A stretch of DNA of 64,000 nt from Planctomycetota bacterium (GTDB taxonomy: Bacteria; Planctomycetota; B15-G4; JADJEK01), in the NCBI GenBank assembly GCA_016709145.1, contig JADJEK010000007.1, forward strand, positions 35,630-99,629, given 5' to 3'. Numbering within the stretch: position 1 is the stretch's first letter; each line of letters starts with the position of its first letter. Both the position numbers and the translations under genes were made by a program. Below the pieces are notes generated by a model. It saw only the letters and a program-made list of their open reading frames with translations. It did not search any database and was not told where the DNA came from. Below are positions 19,277-28,684 of this stretch, one piece after another.

Positions 19277-20233
19277 TCAGCGGGATGACGAAAACGCGAA
19301 CATGCAGACGCGCAGGACGAGGTAGCCGACGATGAGCCAAACGAAGAACTGGTTGCGCGCGACGACGCGCGCCACGCGTTCCCACGGCCATTCGCGGTAC
19401 GCGTGAACGGGCTCGCGATCGAGCAACCGACGCACGTCGGCCGCGAGTTCCGCGACGGACGCGTACCGTCGCGTCGGATCCTCGGACCGAGCGCGCGTGA
19501 CGATCGCTCGCAGTCGCCGATCCGAGATCTCGAGCGCCGCGCCTTCGACGGGGTCAACGCCGCGATCGAGGAACGCAAGGACGCCACCGAGTGCGTAGAC
19601 GTCGACGCGCGGCGAGATCGGACCGCCGGAGCGCTGCTCGGGTGCGCGGTAGCCGGGAGTTCCCGCGCCGCCGCCGCCGTCGTCTCGCGGTCGGCCCGAC
19701 GATTCGCGCTCGCCGAGGTCGGGCGCGGTCGCGATGCCCCAGTCCATCACCAACACTTCGCCGAAGCGGCCGAGCATGAGGTTCGACGGCTTCAAGTCGC
19801 GATGCACGACGCCGCGCTCGTTCGCGAACGCGACGGCGTCGCAGGCCTTCAAGAATGCTCGCAGCCGTTCAGCCGGCGCCGGATTGGCGCGCACCCACTG
19901 TGCGAGCGTCGTGCCTTCCACGCACTTCATCACGTAGAAGACCCGTCCATCGGCCAAGCGACCGACGTCGTGCACCGGCGGGATCGAGGGATGCTCCAAA
20001 CCGGCCAGTGTCTTGGCTTCGCGCTCGAGTTGCGTCCGAGCCCGATCCATGTCGAACGCATCGTTCAGGACTTTGACCGCGACGTCGCGGCCGAGTTCGC
20101 GATCCGTCGCTCTCCACACCGTGCCCATCGCGCCGGAGCCGAGGCGTTCACGCACGTCGTAGCGACCACCCGGGATCTCGATGCCGTCGAGGCAGCGTCG
20201 CAGCCGATCGATCGCGTCGTCGGACAACGTCAT
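19277..20233 (-). CDS. Hanks-type Ser/Thr protein kinase with C-terminal TM
   Basis: LGSGAMGTVW, VAVK, HRDLKPSN, DWG, GTPGYRAPE; hydrophobic C-terminus; ATGA overlap with the ECF gene. Confidence 0.92.
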   Translation of the reverse strand: MTLSDDAIDRLRRCLDGIEIPGGRYDVRERLGSGAMGTVWRATDRELGRDVAVKVLNDAFDMDRARTQLEREAKTLAGLEHPSIPPVHDVGRLADGRVFYVMKCVEGTTLAQWVRANPAPAERLRAFLKACDAVAFANERGVVHRDLKPSNLMLGRFGEVLVMDWGIATAPDLGERESSGRPRDDGGGGAGTPGYRAPEQRSGGPISPRVDVYALGGVLAFLDRGVDPVEGAALEISDRRLRAIVTRARSEDPTRRYASVAELAADVRRLLDREPVHAYREWPWERVARVVARNQFFVWLIVGYLVLRVCMFAFSSSR

Positions 20234-20973
20234 CGCTCGATCTCGCGATCCGACCCTTCGAGCGCGCGGCGCTCGTGCGCGAAGTCGTCCTCGTCGACGC
20301 AGCGCGCCCGCAAGGCATCGAGGACGCACGCGCGCAATTCCCGCCGCGCCGCATGCAGTTCGTTCGTGACCTGCGTCAGCTCGAGTCCGAACTCGGTCGC
20401 GAGCGTCCGGTAGCTCGGACGCGACCCGTCGGGCGGGACCTCGGTCACGTCCGCGCGCAACAGGAGATCGAACCGCTGCGGCTTGCCGAGCTCGACGCAG
20501 CGCGCCCGGAACGCCTCGAGTGCGTCCTCGAACAACGCCCGGCGCCACTCGCGTTCGAACGATTCCACGACCTCGTCCGCGGCGACTGGAGCGCTCGCGC
20601 CGAGCCGATGATCGGCGCTCTCGGGATCGATCGAGACGTGCGCCGTGCCACCGCCCCGCTTCTGCGCCTGGCTGCGAGCGTGTTCATTGGCGGCGAACGA
20701 CTCGAGCAGCCGACTCAACCAGGTCCGGAACCGGGCGCGCTCGCGGTCGTAGCGCGCGAGCGAGCCGCGCTCGACGACGTGCGTGAAGAAGGCTTGCGTC
20801 AGATCCTTCGCGTCCTCGTTGCCGAGCCCGAGTCGGCGCCGCAACTGCGCGTAGACGGGTTTCCAATACGCGGCGACCAGCGCTTCGTACGCGGCCGGAG
20901 CGGTCGCCGGATCACGCAGGCGCTCGATCAGGGTCCCGCGTGTCGGCGGCAGCGCGCGGGACTTTCCACCCAT
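20230..20973 (-). CDS. ECF sigma factor of the kinase-associated type
   Basis: TRGTLI...AYWKPVY...EDAKDLTQAFF...RFRTWL...AQKRGGG...FEREW, plus a region-4 HTH. Start uncertain (20973 or 21011). Confidence 0.85.
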   Translation of the reverse strand: MGGKSRALPPTRGTLIERLRDPATAPAAYEALVAAYWKPVYAQLRRRLGLGNEDAKDLTQAFFTHVVERGSLARYDRERARFRTWLSRLLESFAANEHARSQAQKRGGGTAHVSIDPESADHRLGASAPVAADEVVESFEREWRRALFEDALEAFRARCVELGKPQRFDLLLRADVTEVPPDGSRPSYRTLATEFGLELTQVTNELHAARRELRACVLDALRARCVDEDDFAHERRALEGSDREIER

Positions 20974-21103
20974 CGCCGTGTCTCGATCTCGGGCTGACAT
21001 GCGCGGGATCATGGACGGTGCGCGAGGATCCGGCAATGCGCAAGCAGCGCCAGCACACCCGACGCGCGCGGACGAACGTTCGGGATCGCCAGGACGGCAG
21101 GGA

Positions 21104-22660
21104 TCAATGACGCAACAGCGTCGACGCCGTCATGGCCTCGGGCTGGGGCAAGTCCATCAAGTCGAGCAGCGTCGGCGACACGTCCGCGAGGACGCCGCCT
21201 TCGCGCAGCCGCGCGTTCTTCAGCTTCTCCCCGATCAACAGCAGCGGCACCGGGTTCGTCGTGTGTGCCGTGTGCGGGCAGTTCTCGATCTCGTCCCACA
21301 TCACTTCGCAGTTGCCGTGGTCCGCCGTGAGCAGCACGTCCCCGCCCTGCGCGAGGATCGCCGGCACGATCTTCGACAAGGCGTCGTCGACGGCGCGCAC
21401 CGCGGCGATCGCGGCATCGAGCTTGCCGGTGTGACCGACCATGTCCGGGTTCGCGAGGTTCAGCACGATCAGGTCGAAGTGCTTGCGCGCGAGCTCACGC
21501 ACCAATCGATCGGTGACCTCGGGCGCGCTCATCTGCGGTGCCAAGTCGTAGGTCGCGACCTTCGGCGAAGGGATCAGCGCGCGCTCTTCGCCGGCGCGCA
21601 CGGTCTCGACGCCACCCGAGAAGAAGTACGTCACGTGCGCGTACTTCTCGGTCTCGGCGATGCGGAGTTGGTTCTTGCCGTGGTCGACCATCACGTCGGC
21701 CAGGATGCGATCGAGCGACTGCGGCGGGAACGCGTCGGCGATGCCGAGCGCCGGGAAGTCCGCGCGATAGCGCGTCATGCTCACGTAGTGCAGGCGCGGT
21801 CGCGCGGCCGGTGTTTCGAACCCCGCGAACTTCGGATCCATGAACGCGAGGCTCAGCTCGCGCGCCCGATCGGCGCGGAAGTTGAAGAACACCACGGCGT
21901 CGCCGTCCGCGATGCGCCCTTCGGCGCGGGCCCCGACGATCGTCGGTTGGACGAACTCGTCGGTCTCGCCGCGCGCGTACGCGGCCGCGACGCCCGCGGC
22001 GGCGGAGTCACACGCCTCTCCCACTCCCTTCACGAGCGCGTCGTACGCGCGGTGCACGCGCTCCCAACGGTTGTCGCGGTCCATCGCGAAGTAGCGACCG
22101 CACAGCGTCGCGAAACGACCGCAACGCTGCGTGCGCAGGTGCGACTCGATGGTTTCCACGTATCGCTGCGCCGACTGCGGCGGCGTATCGCGCCCATCGA
22201 GGAACGCATGCACGAAGATGCGCGACGCGGAGACTCCTCGATCGACGAACGTCGTCAGCAGCGCTTTCACGTGTTCGAGCGACGAGTGCACTCCGCCGTC
22301 CGAGAGCAGACCCATCAGGTGCAGCGACCCGCCGGTCGCGACCGCGTGGCGCGCCGCGCCGACGAATGCGGGGTTGGTGCGGATCGAACCGTCGCGCAAC
22401 GCGCGGTCGATGCGCGTGATGTCCTGCCAGACGATGCGCCCGGCACCGAGGTTCATGTGGCCGACCTCGGAGTTCCCCATCAACCCGCCCGGCAACCCCA
22501 CGCATTCGCCCGACGTCATCAGCGTGCCGAGCGGGTACGTGCGGCGCAGCGATTCGTAGTACGCGGGCTTCGCCAGCGTCACCGCGTTGTACGGCCCGGG
22601 CGGAGCTTCACCGAAGCCGTCGAGGATGATCAGCGCGTGCGGAACTCGAGCGGTCGACAT
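21104..22660 (-). CDS. gpmI: 2,3-bisphosphoglycerate-independent phosphoglycerate mutase
   Basis: LIILDGFG, MGNSEVGH, FLDGRDTPP, RYFAMDRD, AETEKYAHVT, NPDMVGHTG, TADHGN. Confidence 0.97.
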   Translation of the reverse strand: MSTARVPHALIILDGFGEAPPGPYNAVTLAKPAYYESLRRTYPLGTLMTSGECVGLPGGLMGNSEVGHMNLGAGRIVWQDITRIDRALRDGSIRTNPAFVGAARHAVATGGSLHLMGLLSDGGVHSSLEHVKALLTTFVDRGVSASRIFVHAFLDGRDTPPQSAQRYVETIESHLRTQRCGRFATLCGRYFAMDRDNRWERVHRAYDALVKGVGEACDSAAAGVAAAYARGETDEFVQPTIVGARAEGRIADGDAVVFFNFRADRARELSLAFMDPKFAGFETPAARPRLHYVSMTRYRADFPALGIADAFPPQSLDRILADVMVDHGKNQLRIAETEKYAHVTYFFSGGVETVRAGEERALIPSPKVATYDLAPQMSAPEVTDRLVRELARKHFDLIVLNLANPDMVGHTGKLDAAIAAVRAVDDALSKIVPAILAQGGDVLLTADHGNCEVMWDEIENCPHTAHTTNPVPLLLIGEKLKNARLREGGVLADVSPTLLDLMDLPQPEAMTASTLLRH

Positions 22661-22672
22661 CGTTGCTCCGGA

Positions 22673-23302
22673 TCAGAACGCGGCTTCGACGGCCGACATG
22701 GCGGCGGAACGCGCCGCCTCGATCCGGCCCTTCAACGTCGAGAGCTCGGTCAATGCGCCGGCTTTCTCGCCTTCGTCCTTCAAGCCCGCGGCGTTGATGC
22801 GCACGTTCATCGCGAAGCCTTCGAATGCGGCGGAGAGTCCGAGCACGCACACACCGGCGTCGCTGATCAGGTTCTTGTTCAGGTTCGGCGCGAGGTCCGC
22901 GATGCGCTCCGCACCTTCGCAACACAGCCGAGCCCCGCGCCGCGGCACGTCCATCGCGAGCGCGAGCCCGCGCTGGATCGCCGCGCCACGCGCGGACTTC
23001 GCGTCGTCGGTGTCCTTCGGCATCGCGTAGGCGGCGGTCACCACGTCGTACGCGTGGCAATCCTCGTCGACGATCGGCAACAGTCGCGCGCGCAGGTCGT
23101 CGAAGTACGCGGCGGCTTGCTCCATCGCCGCGGCGTGCGCTTCGAACCCCTTCTTGCCCGCGGTGAACCGCGTGGCCATCGCGCCGAGCGCGGCGCCGAG
23201 CGCAGCGAACAAGGCCGAGGCAGCACCACCGCCCGGCGTCGGCGTCTTCGCCGCGCAGGCATCCACGAAGGCTCGAACGGTTCCGTCGACGTGGCTCGTC
23301 AC
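22673..23302 (-). CDS. Cyclodeaminase/cyclohydrolase (FTCD_C / FchA-like)
   Basis: PTPGGGAASA, D..AYDVV..AYAMPK, NKNLISD, NVRIN. Start uncertain (GTG 23302). Confidence 0.85.
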   Translation of the reverse strand: MTSHVDGTVRAFVDACAAKTPTPGGGAASALFAALGAALGAMATRFTAGKKGFEAHAAAMEQAAAYFDDLRARLLPIVDEDCHAYDVVTAAYAMPKDTDDAKSARGAAIQRGLALAMDVPRRGARLCCEGAERIADLAPNLNKNLISDAGVCVLGLSAAFEGFAMNVRINAAGLKDEGEKAGALTELSTLKGRIEAARSAAMSAVEAAF

Positions 23303-23479
23303 GATTCGCTCCGCGCGGGTCAAGAAGCAGGCGCGGACCATATCAGCCGATCGGTGAATCTCCGACGGCATTCATCGGAGTCGCGGGGACCCATTCGAGA
23401 ACGGCGGCGGAGTCGGAGGCTGTGAAGAAATCCCTCGCTACGAGGAATTGAATCGCGGCCGAACGCACACGGTGCCGAC

Positions 23480-23516
23480 GGCGGCGCCCCGGTCGCTTCG
23501 CGACCGCGGCGCCGCC
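23480..23516. terminator. GC-rich hairpin downstream of the zinc peptidase gene
   Basis: ggcggcgcc-c-cggtcgc-ttc-gcgaccg-c-ggcgccgcc: 16 bp with one mismatch and no U tract. Confidence 0.45.
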
Positions 23517-23550
23517 GAGCAATGCCTGGTGAGTCCGGCGGCTGCGCCGC

Positions 23551-24300
23551 CTACTCCTCGCGGCGACCGCCGCCGAGCAGCGGCAGCAGGTAATACAGGA
23601 GCTGCGCGATCGCCATGATCGCGGAGGCGACGTACGTCCACGCCGCGGCGCCGAGCACGCTGCGCGCGCCGGCCAATTCGTCCTCGGCGAGGATGCCGGT
23701 CCGACCGAGCACGGCGAGTGCGCGCTTCGACGCATCGAACTCGACCGGCAACGTCACCAGCGAGAAGAAGCTGACCGCAGCGAGCACGGCCACCGCGCCC
23801 CACGAGAACAGGTTGCCGCCGGGTTGGAACCCGCCGCTGAACACGGCGAGCAGGATCAACGGCATGAGCAGGTGACTGCCGATGCTGACCAGCGGCACGA
23901 TGGCGCTGCGGAACGCGAGTGCCGAGTAGCCCTCGGCGTGCTGGAAGGCGTGCCCGGCTTCGTGCGCCGCGACGCCGATCGCGGCGACCGAGTGCGAATC
24001 GTGCGTCGCTTCGGACAACCTCAGCGTCTTCGACGTCGGGTCGTAGTGGTCCGACAGGAAGCCCGACACGCGCTCGACCTTGACGTCGGCGAGGCCGCCG
24101 CCGCGCAGCAGCAGGCGCGCGACGTCGGCTCCGCTCAGACCTCGGCGCGAGCCGACCTGCGCGTAGCGCTGGAACGTCGCTTTGACGCGCCATGTGGCCC
24201 ACAGCCCGAGCAGCATCGCCGGCAGGACCAGCAAGAGCCACGGGCCGCCACCGAAGCCGAAGAGCACCGCCAGGACCGGAACCGTTGCGACCGCGACCAT
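23551..24300 (-). CDS. Putative neutral zinc metallopeptidase (YugP / Zn_peptidase_2 family)
   Basis: LSDHYDPTSKTLRLS, AAHEAGHAFQ (HExxH), TLPVEFDASKRAL, AAWTYVA; GGAGG RBS before ATG 24300. Confidence 0.92.
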   Translation of the reverse strand: MVAVATVPVLAVLFGFGGGPWLLLVLPAMLLGLWATWRVKATFQRYAQVGSRRGLSGADVARLLLRGGGLADVKVERVSGFLSDHYDPTSKTLRLSEATHDSHSVAAIGVAAHEAGHAFQHAEGYSALAFRSAIVPLVSIGSHLLMPLILLAVFSGGFQPGGNLFSWGAVAVLAAVSFFSLVTLPVEFDASKRALAVLGRTGILAEDELAGARSVLGAAAWTYVASAIMAIAQLLYYLLPLLGGGRREE

Positions 24301-24618
24301 CACCACCTCCCTCGCACCGTCGGGGATTTCCCGTCGATCGCGACGGCCGTGATTAGACGCAGGGTCCTTGCCGCCGCAAGCCCCGGCCCAAAAAGCGGTT
24401 GCCACCCGTCGGCCCGGCTCGACCATCGCACCCGAAATCGCGGGAAACCCGGGCCCGGTTCAGCACCGGGCCGGGATGCGGCGTAGTCGCGATTCGTCGG
24501 GAAGCTCGCCCAGTGCGGCGGGTCGAACGACGCGATCGCGCGGCGTCGCAGCGGAACCCTCCTTGGTCCGGCGGCGCGCGCATCGACGAGTCCGTGGCCA
24601 ACCCTGGAGCCGAGTCGC

Positions 24619-26661
24619 ATGAATCGTTCGATGGGTCCTCTTCTGGTCGTCCTCGGCCTGCTCGCGGTCGGCGCGGTGATCGGGATCAGTCTGTTCTTCA
24701 GCGACGAACAAACGGCGACGCCGGACAAGACCGAGGTCACGGCAATGAAGCCGCAGACCGACGCGCCCGTCGACGAAACCCCGACCGTCGCGCCGGAAGT
24801 CGACCCGACCCGGACCGCGACCGAAGCCGCGACGCGCACCGAGAACCCGACCGGCGACACCGAGTCGCTGGCCAAGGGCACGGGCGGACTGTCCGGCGCC
24901 GTGGTGCGGCAGGACAACCCGAGCGTCCCGGTCGCGGGCGCCGTCGTCGAACTGTTCATCGGCCCGGAGAACGCCGCGTTCAACTTCCAAGGTACGCGCC
25001 GCCCCACCGGCCGGACCGAGACCACCGCGGCCGACGGCACGTTCACGTTCGACGAGCTACCGCCGAACACGGGCTACTGCCTGGTCGCCACCGCCGAAGG
25101 CTTCGCTCCGTCCGAGGCCGCGGGCATCGTCGTGCGTGACGACGACTTCTCCGTGCGCGACCTCGAGATGAGTGCGGGATCGTGCATCTCCGGCGAAGTC
25201 ACGGATCTGTACGGCACCCCGATCGCGGGCGCGCGCGTCGACCTGTTCGATTCGATGGCGCTCGCGCTGCTCGCGCAGCCCGGCCCGCGCAAGCCGATGC
25301 GTTCGATGACGGTCGACGCGGCCGGTAAGTACGCGTTCTGCAACGTGTCGCTGAAGTCGTTCGAGGTCGTGGCGTCGGCCGCGAGCTTCCCGACCACGTC
25401 GAAGAGCCAGACCCAGGTGTTCCAGGTCGGCGATCAAGTCATCAACTTCGCGCTCGGCGAAGCGCTCTCGATCGCGGGCTTCGTCGTCGACGAGCAAGGA
25501 CGTTCGCTGAAGGGTGCGACGATCACGGCCTATCAGATCGGCCAGCTGCCCGAATCCGGGACGTCGAAGAGCGAAGCGGTCAGTGCGCCCAACGGCAGCT
25601 TCACGCTGGCGGGCTTGGCCAAGGGCCAGTACATGATCACGGGCAAGGCCGAGGGCTACAGCCTGAAGAACCATGGCCAGGTCGACGCCGGCGCCAACGA
25701 CGTGCGCGTCGCGCTCGAACCGCAGGGCGCCGTGCTCGGCCGCGTCTCGGACGCGACGACGGCGCGCGCGGTCACGCAGTTCCGCCTGGTGTTGAAGCGC
25801 AAGGTCAACGAGAACGCCGCGGTGCCGACGACGCAGACGATCGACGTGCGCCACGGCTCCGGCGAGTACGAGTTCATCGGCATCGATCCGGGAGCGTGGG
25901 TCCTCGAAGCGCAAGCGCCGGGCTACGCGAACGCGTCGTCGCGCGATCTGATCATCGCCAAGGGCGATCGCATCACGGGCGTCGACATCGTGATGGACAA
26001 GGGCGGCTCGGTGTCCGGCATCGTCACCGACGCCTCGGGCGGCCCGATCGCGGGTGCGACGGTGCGCCTGAACGAGAACAACTACCAACGCAACCCGCTC
26101 AGCGACTTGTTCGAGTCGATGCAGCCGGCGAGCCGGCCGCAGCGCAAGACGACGACGACCGACGCGAAGGGCGCGTTCAGCATCGCGCTGATCGTGCCGG
26201 GCACGTACCAGGTCGCCGTCTCCAAGACCAAGTACTCCGACAACTCGATGAACGGCGTGATCATCGAGCGCAATCAGAACAACGACCTCGGCCGCATCAC
26301 GCTGTCGTCGGGCGGCACGATCCGCGGGCAGTGCTTCGACCAGAACGGCAAGCCGTACACGGACGGCACGATCAGCGTGTCGTCGTACGTGCCGCCGGCG
26401 GCGCCGGGCGTGACCATCGCTCCGACCCCGAACAACGAGTCCCGCCAAGTGAAGGCCGAATACAACGGCACGTTCGAAGTCACGAACTTGAAGCCCGGCG
26501 AGTACGTGGTCCAACTCATGCCGGGTCGCATCGAAGGCAAGGACGTCAACCCGTTCCTGCAAATGGTGCTGAGCCAGAAGACCGAACAGCGCATCCGCGT
26601 CGAGGACGGCAAGATTTCGACGGTGAGCTTGACGGTCCCGGCGCAACCCGAAGGCAAGTGA
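24619..26661 (+). CDS. Membrane-anchored protein with about 5-6 carboxypeptidase-regulatory-like (Cna-B type) beta-sandwich repeats
   Basis: N-terminal TM, Thr/Pro/Glu linker, repeated ISGxVTDxxGxPIAGAxV...TDAxGxF...PGxYxV units. Confidence 0.8.
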   Translation: MNRSMGPLLVVLGLLAVGAVIGISLFFSDEQTATPDKTEVTAMKPQTDAPVDETPTVAPEVDPTRTATEAATRTENPTGDTESLAKGTGGLSGAVVRQDNPSVPVAGAVVELFIGPENAAFNFQGTRRPTGRTETTAADGTFTFDELPPNTGYCLVATAEGFAPSEAAGIVVRDDDFSVRDLEMSAGSCISGEVTDLYGTPIAGARVDLFDSMALALLAQPGPRKPMRSMTVDAAGKYAFCNVSLKSFEVVASAASFPTTSKSQTQVFQVGDQVINFALGEALSIAGFVVDEQGRSLKGATITAYQIGQLPESGTSKSEAVSAPNGSFTLAGLAKGQYMITGKAEGYSLKNHGQVDAGANDVRVALEPQGAVLGRVSDATTARAVTQFRLVLKRKVNENAAVPTTQTIDVRHGSGEYEFIGIDPGAWVLEAQAPGYANASSRDLIIAKGDRITGVDIVMDKGGSVSGIVTDASGGPIAGATVRLNENNYQRNPLSDLFESMQPASRPQRKTTTTDAKGAFSIALIVPGTYQVAVSKTKYSDNSMNGVIIERNQNNDLGRITLSSGGTIRGQCFDQNGKPYTDGTISVSSYVPPAAPGVTIAPTPNNESRQVKAEYNGTFEVTNLKPGEYVVQLMPGRIEGKDVNPFLQMVLSQKTEQRIRVEDGKISTVSLTVPAQPEGK

Positions 26662-26702
26662 CCGAGCCAGGCGCCGCGGCGACCGCGACTCCTCAGGGCC
26701 AC

Positions 26703-26858
26703 GGCCCGGGCATTGGCCCGGGTGGCGGCCCGGGTGGCGGCCCGGGTGCTGGCCCGGGTGGCGGCCCGGGTGGCGGCCCGGGTGGCGGCCCGGGTGGCGG
26801 CCCGGGTGCTGGCCCGGGTGGCGGCCCGGGTGGCGGCCCGGGTGCTGGCCCGGGTGGT
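26703..26858 (+). repeat. Tandem array of 13 x 12-bp GGCCCGGGTG(GC/CT)
   Basis: Units counted directly (8 GGCCCGGGTGGC, 3 GGCCCGGGTGCT, 2 variants); intergenic between convergent genes. Confidence 0.95.
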
Positions 26859-26878
26859 TCCTCTGCCCGCGGCGCCGC

Positions 26879-28684
26879 TCAGCGTGGGCTGAAGACCGTC
26901 GCCGCGTTCCAGAGCACGCGGCGTGCTCCGCGTGGCGACTCGTAGATCACCGAGCGCAACTCCGCCGCGACGCGGCGCGCCGTCGGGTCGCTCGTGCGCA
27001 GCGGTGCGAGTTCGAGCGCGAGTCGAGACGCGTAGGTCTGATCTTCGTCCTCGACCTCCTCCAACGTCGCGAGGCGCAGCGTCTCGATCCAGAGCGGTCG
27101 CAACGTCGACGGCACCGCGTCGACGTGGAAGCGCGAGGAACGACCGAGTCCCGGCACCGCGGCGCAGAGCCCTTCCGCGACCAAGGGGTGCACGGCGGGA
27201 GCCGCGAGGACGTCTGCCCAGCGCGGACAAGGACCGAACGACGTCGGAGTCGCCTCACCGCGCCGCGCCATGGCCGCCCATGCGATCGCCAGTTCGCGCG
27301 CGTCGCCCGCGGGAAGCGCTCCGCCGCGGAACGGCCAAGCCAGCGCGCGCACCGCGCGCGTCGACGATTCGAACGACCACGGACGCAACACCGCGTCGCC
27401 GGCGTGATCGTTCGCGCACTGCAGCGTCCACACCGCTTCGAGCGCCTGGCGCAACGCGACTTCGGGCACTCCGCCGGCGAACGCCGCCGTGGCGAGTTCC
27501 GGTCGGTCCGCCGCACGCGGATCGATCTCGATCAGCGTGCGCAACGCCTCGATGCGCGCGGCCGGGTCTGGCGACGTGCGCGCGATCGCGGTCCATGACG
27601 GCACGGTCTCCACGTCGCGCGCGGCCGCGGCCGCGAACGCGCACAGGCTCGCGAAGCGTCGGGCCGCGTCGGCGTCGAGTTCGGGAACGAAGCCGTCCGC
27701 CGCGAGTCGACGCGCGAACTCGGAGTCGCGCGCGAGTCGGGTCGCGAGGCGCACGAGTTCCTCGTCGCCGCCGTCGACGAGGACGGCGCGGACCAGCGTG
27801 GGCGACGAGGCCTCGGCTTGCGCGTCGGCGCCGATCGCGCGCAGCAACGGCACGTCCGGATGCGCGACGAACGCGCGCGCCGCGACGTTCGCCGCTCCGC
27901 GGATGCGCACGGCCCCGACCACCGCCGCGATCGCGGCATCGTCGACGCCGTCGGCGAGCAATGCGTCGAGGCATCGCAACACACCGCGCTCGTCCCCATC
28001 CGCGTCGGCGTCGTCACGACCGCGCGGCGCGAGCAACAGCACGAGTCCGGCGTCCACGACTTCGAGCTCGGAGCCTTCCAACCAGCGTGCGAGCAGTCCC
28101 GAAGCTGTGCTCCGCGCGAGCTGATGCGCGTCGAGCATGCGCGTGCCCGCGCTCTTGACGCGCGGATGCAACGCCAATCCGCGTCGACCGGGCGCCGTCT
28201 GTTCGAGCCAGGTCAACGCGATCGGCCACGACACCGGCGAACCGATCGGCCACTCGAGTCCGACTTGCGTCCCCTCTTCGAACGCCGGATCGTTGCCGGG
28301 CTTCTTCGACGGCGGTGGCTCACGCCGCGCCCATTCGGCGAGCAACAGAGCACGCAGCAAGTCGACGGCGACTTCGCGGTGCGCGCCGTCCGCGCTGCGC
28401 GCGACATGCAACACGATCGGCAGACACGCGGGCGTGGCCACCACTGCGTCGCGCAACCGCAGGATCGCCTCGGGGCCGTGATCGCCGACGTGCGACACGA
28501 GCGTGCGCAATCGCATCGGATCGAACAGGCGCGCGCGGACGTCGGCCTGCGCGCGCTCCCGCGTAGCTCGATCGAGCGCAGCCAACGCTTCGAGCGCGGA
28601 CGCAGGATCGTCCTGCGCGTGCGCAGATGGTCGTAGCGCCAGCAGAGCGCAGCACGCGATCAGCACGAACGAACGGCGCATCAT
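26879..28684 (-). CDS. Secreted alpha-helical (HEAT/ARM-like) hypothetical protein
   Basis: Signal peptide MMRRSFVLIACCALLALRPSAHA; Ala/Leu/Arg-rich helical repeats; ATGA overlap with the kinase stop. Confidence 0.7.
   Translation of the reverse strand: MMRRSFVLIACCALLALRPSAHAQDDPASALEALAALDRATRERAQADVRARLFDPMRLRTLVSHVGDHGPEAILRLRDAVVATPACLPIVLHVARSADGAHREVAVDLLRALLLAEWARREPPPSKKPGNDPAFEEGTQVGLEWPIGSPVSWPIALTWLEQTAPGRRGLALHPRVKSAGTRMLDAHQLARSTASGLLARWLEGSELEVVDAGLVLLLAPRGRDDADADGDERGVLRCLDALLADGVDDAAIAAVVGAVRIRGAANVAARAFVAHPDVPLLRAIGADAQAEASSPTLVRAVLVDGGDEELVRLATRLARDSEFARRLAADGFVPELDADAARRFASLCAFAAAAARDVETVPSWTAIARTSPDPAARIEALRTLIEIDPRAADRPELATAAFAGGVPEVALRQALEAVWTLQCANDHAGDAVLRPWSFESSTRAVRALAWPFRGGALPAGDARELAIAWAAMARRGEATPTSFGPCPRWADVLAAPAVHPLVAEGLCAAVPGLGRSSRFHVDAVPSTLRPLWIETLRLATLEEVEDEDQTYASRLALELAPLRTSDPTARRVAAELRSVIYESPRGARRVLWNAATVFSPR

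Noticed and set aside
17928-21036. tRNA-Ala as the attachment site of an island carrying DUF1579, kinase and ECF genes
   Set aside because: No integrase, no duplicated tRNA 3' end seen, and no obvious compositional shift.
23303-23460. Possible folate/ZTP riboswitch upstream of the cyclodeaminase-like gene
   Set aside because: Only short hairpins; I could not match THF or ZTP consensus elements. An Rfam scan would settle it.
24448-24475. Possible third copy of the GGCCCGGG array
   Set aside because: Only one imperfect unit and a 7-bp GC hairpin; expected by chance at this GC content.
26703-26858. Possible CRISPR array
   Set aside because: Contiguous 12-bp units with no unique spacers and no cas genes.
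25896-26945. ORF ending in (GPGG)n, resembling a collagen or silk-like protein
   Set aside because: It overlaps the real 24619-26661 gene out of frame, and the repeat peptide is only the translation of the 12-bp DNA array. No slippery site supports frameshifting into it.
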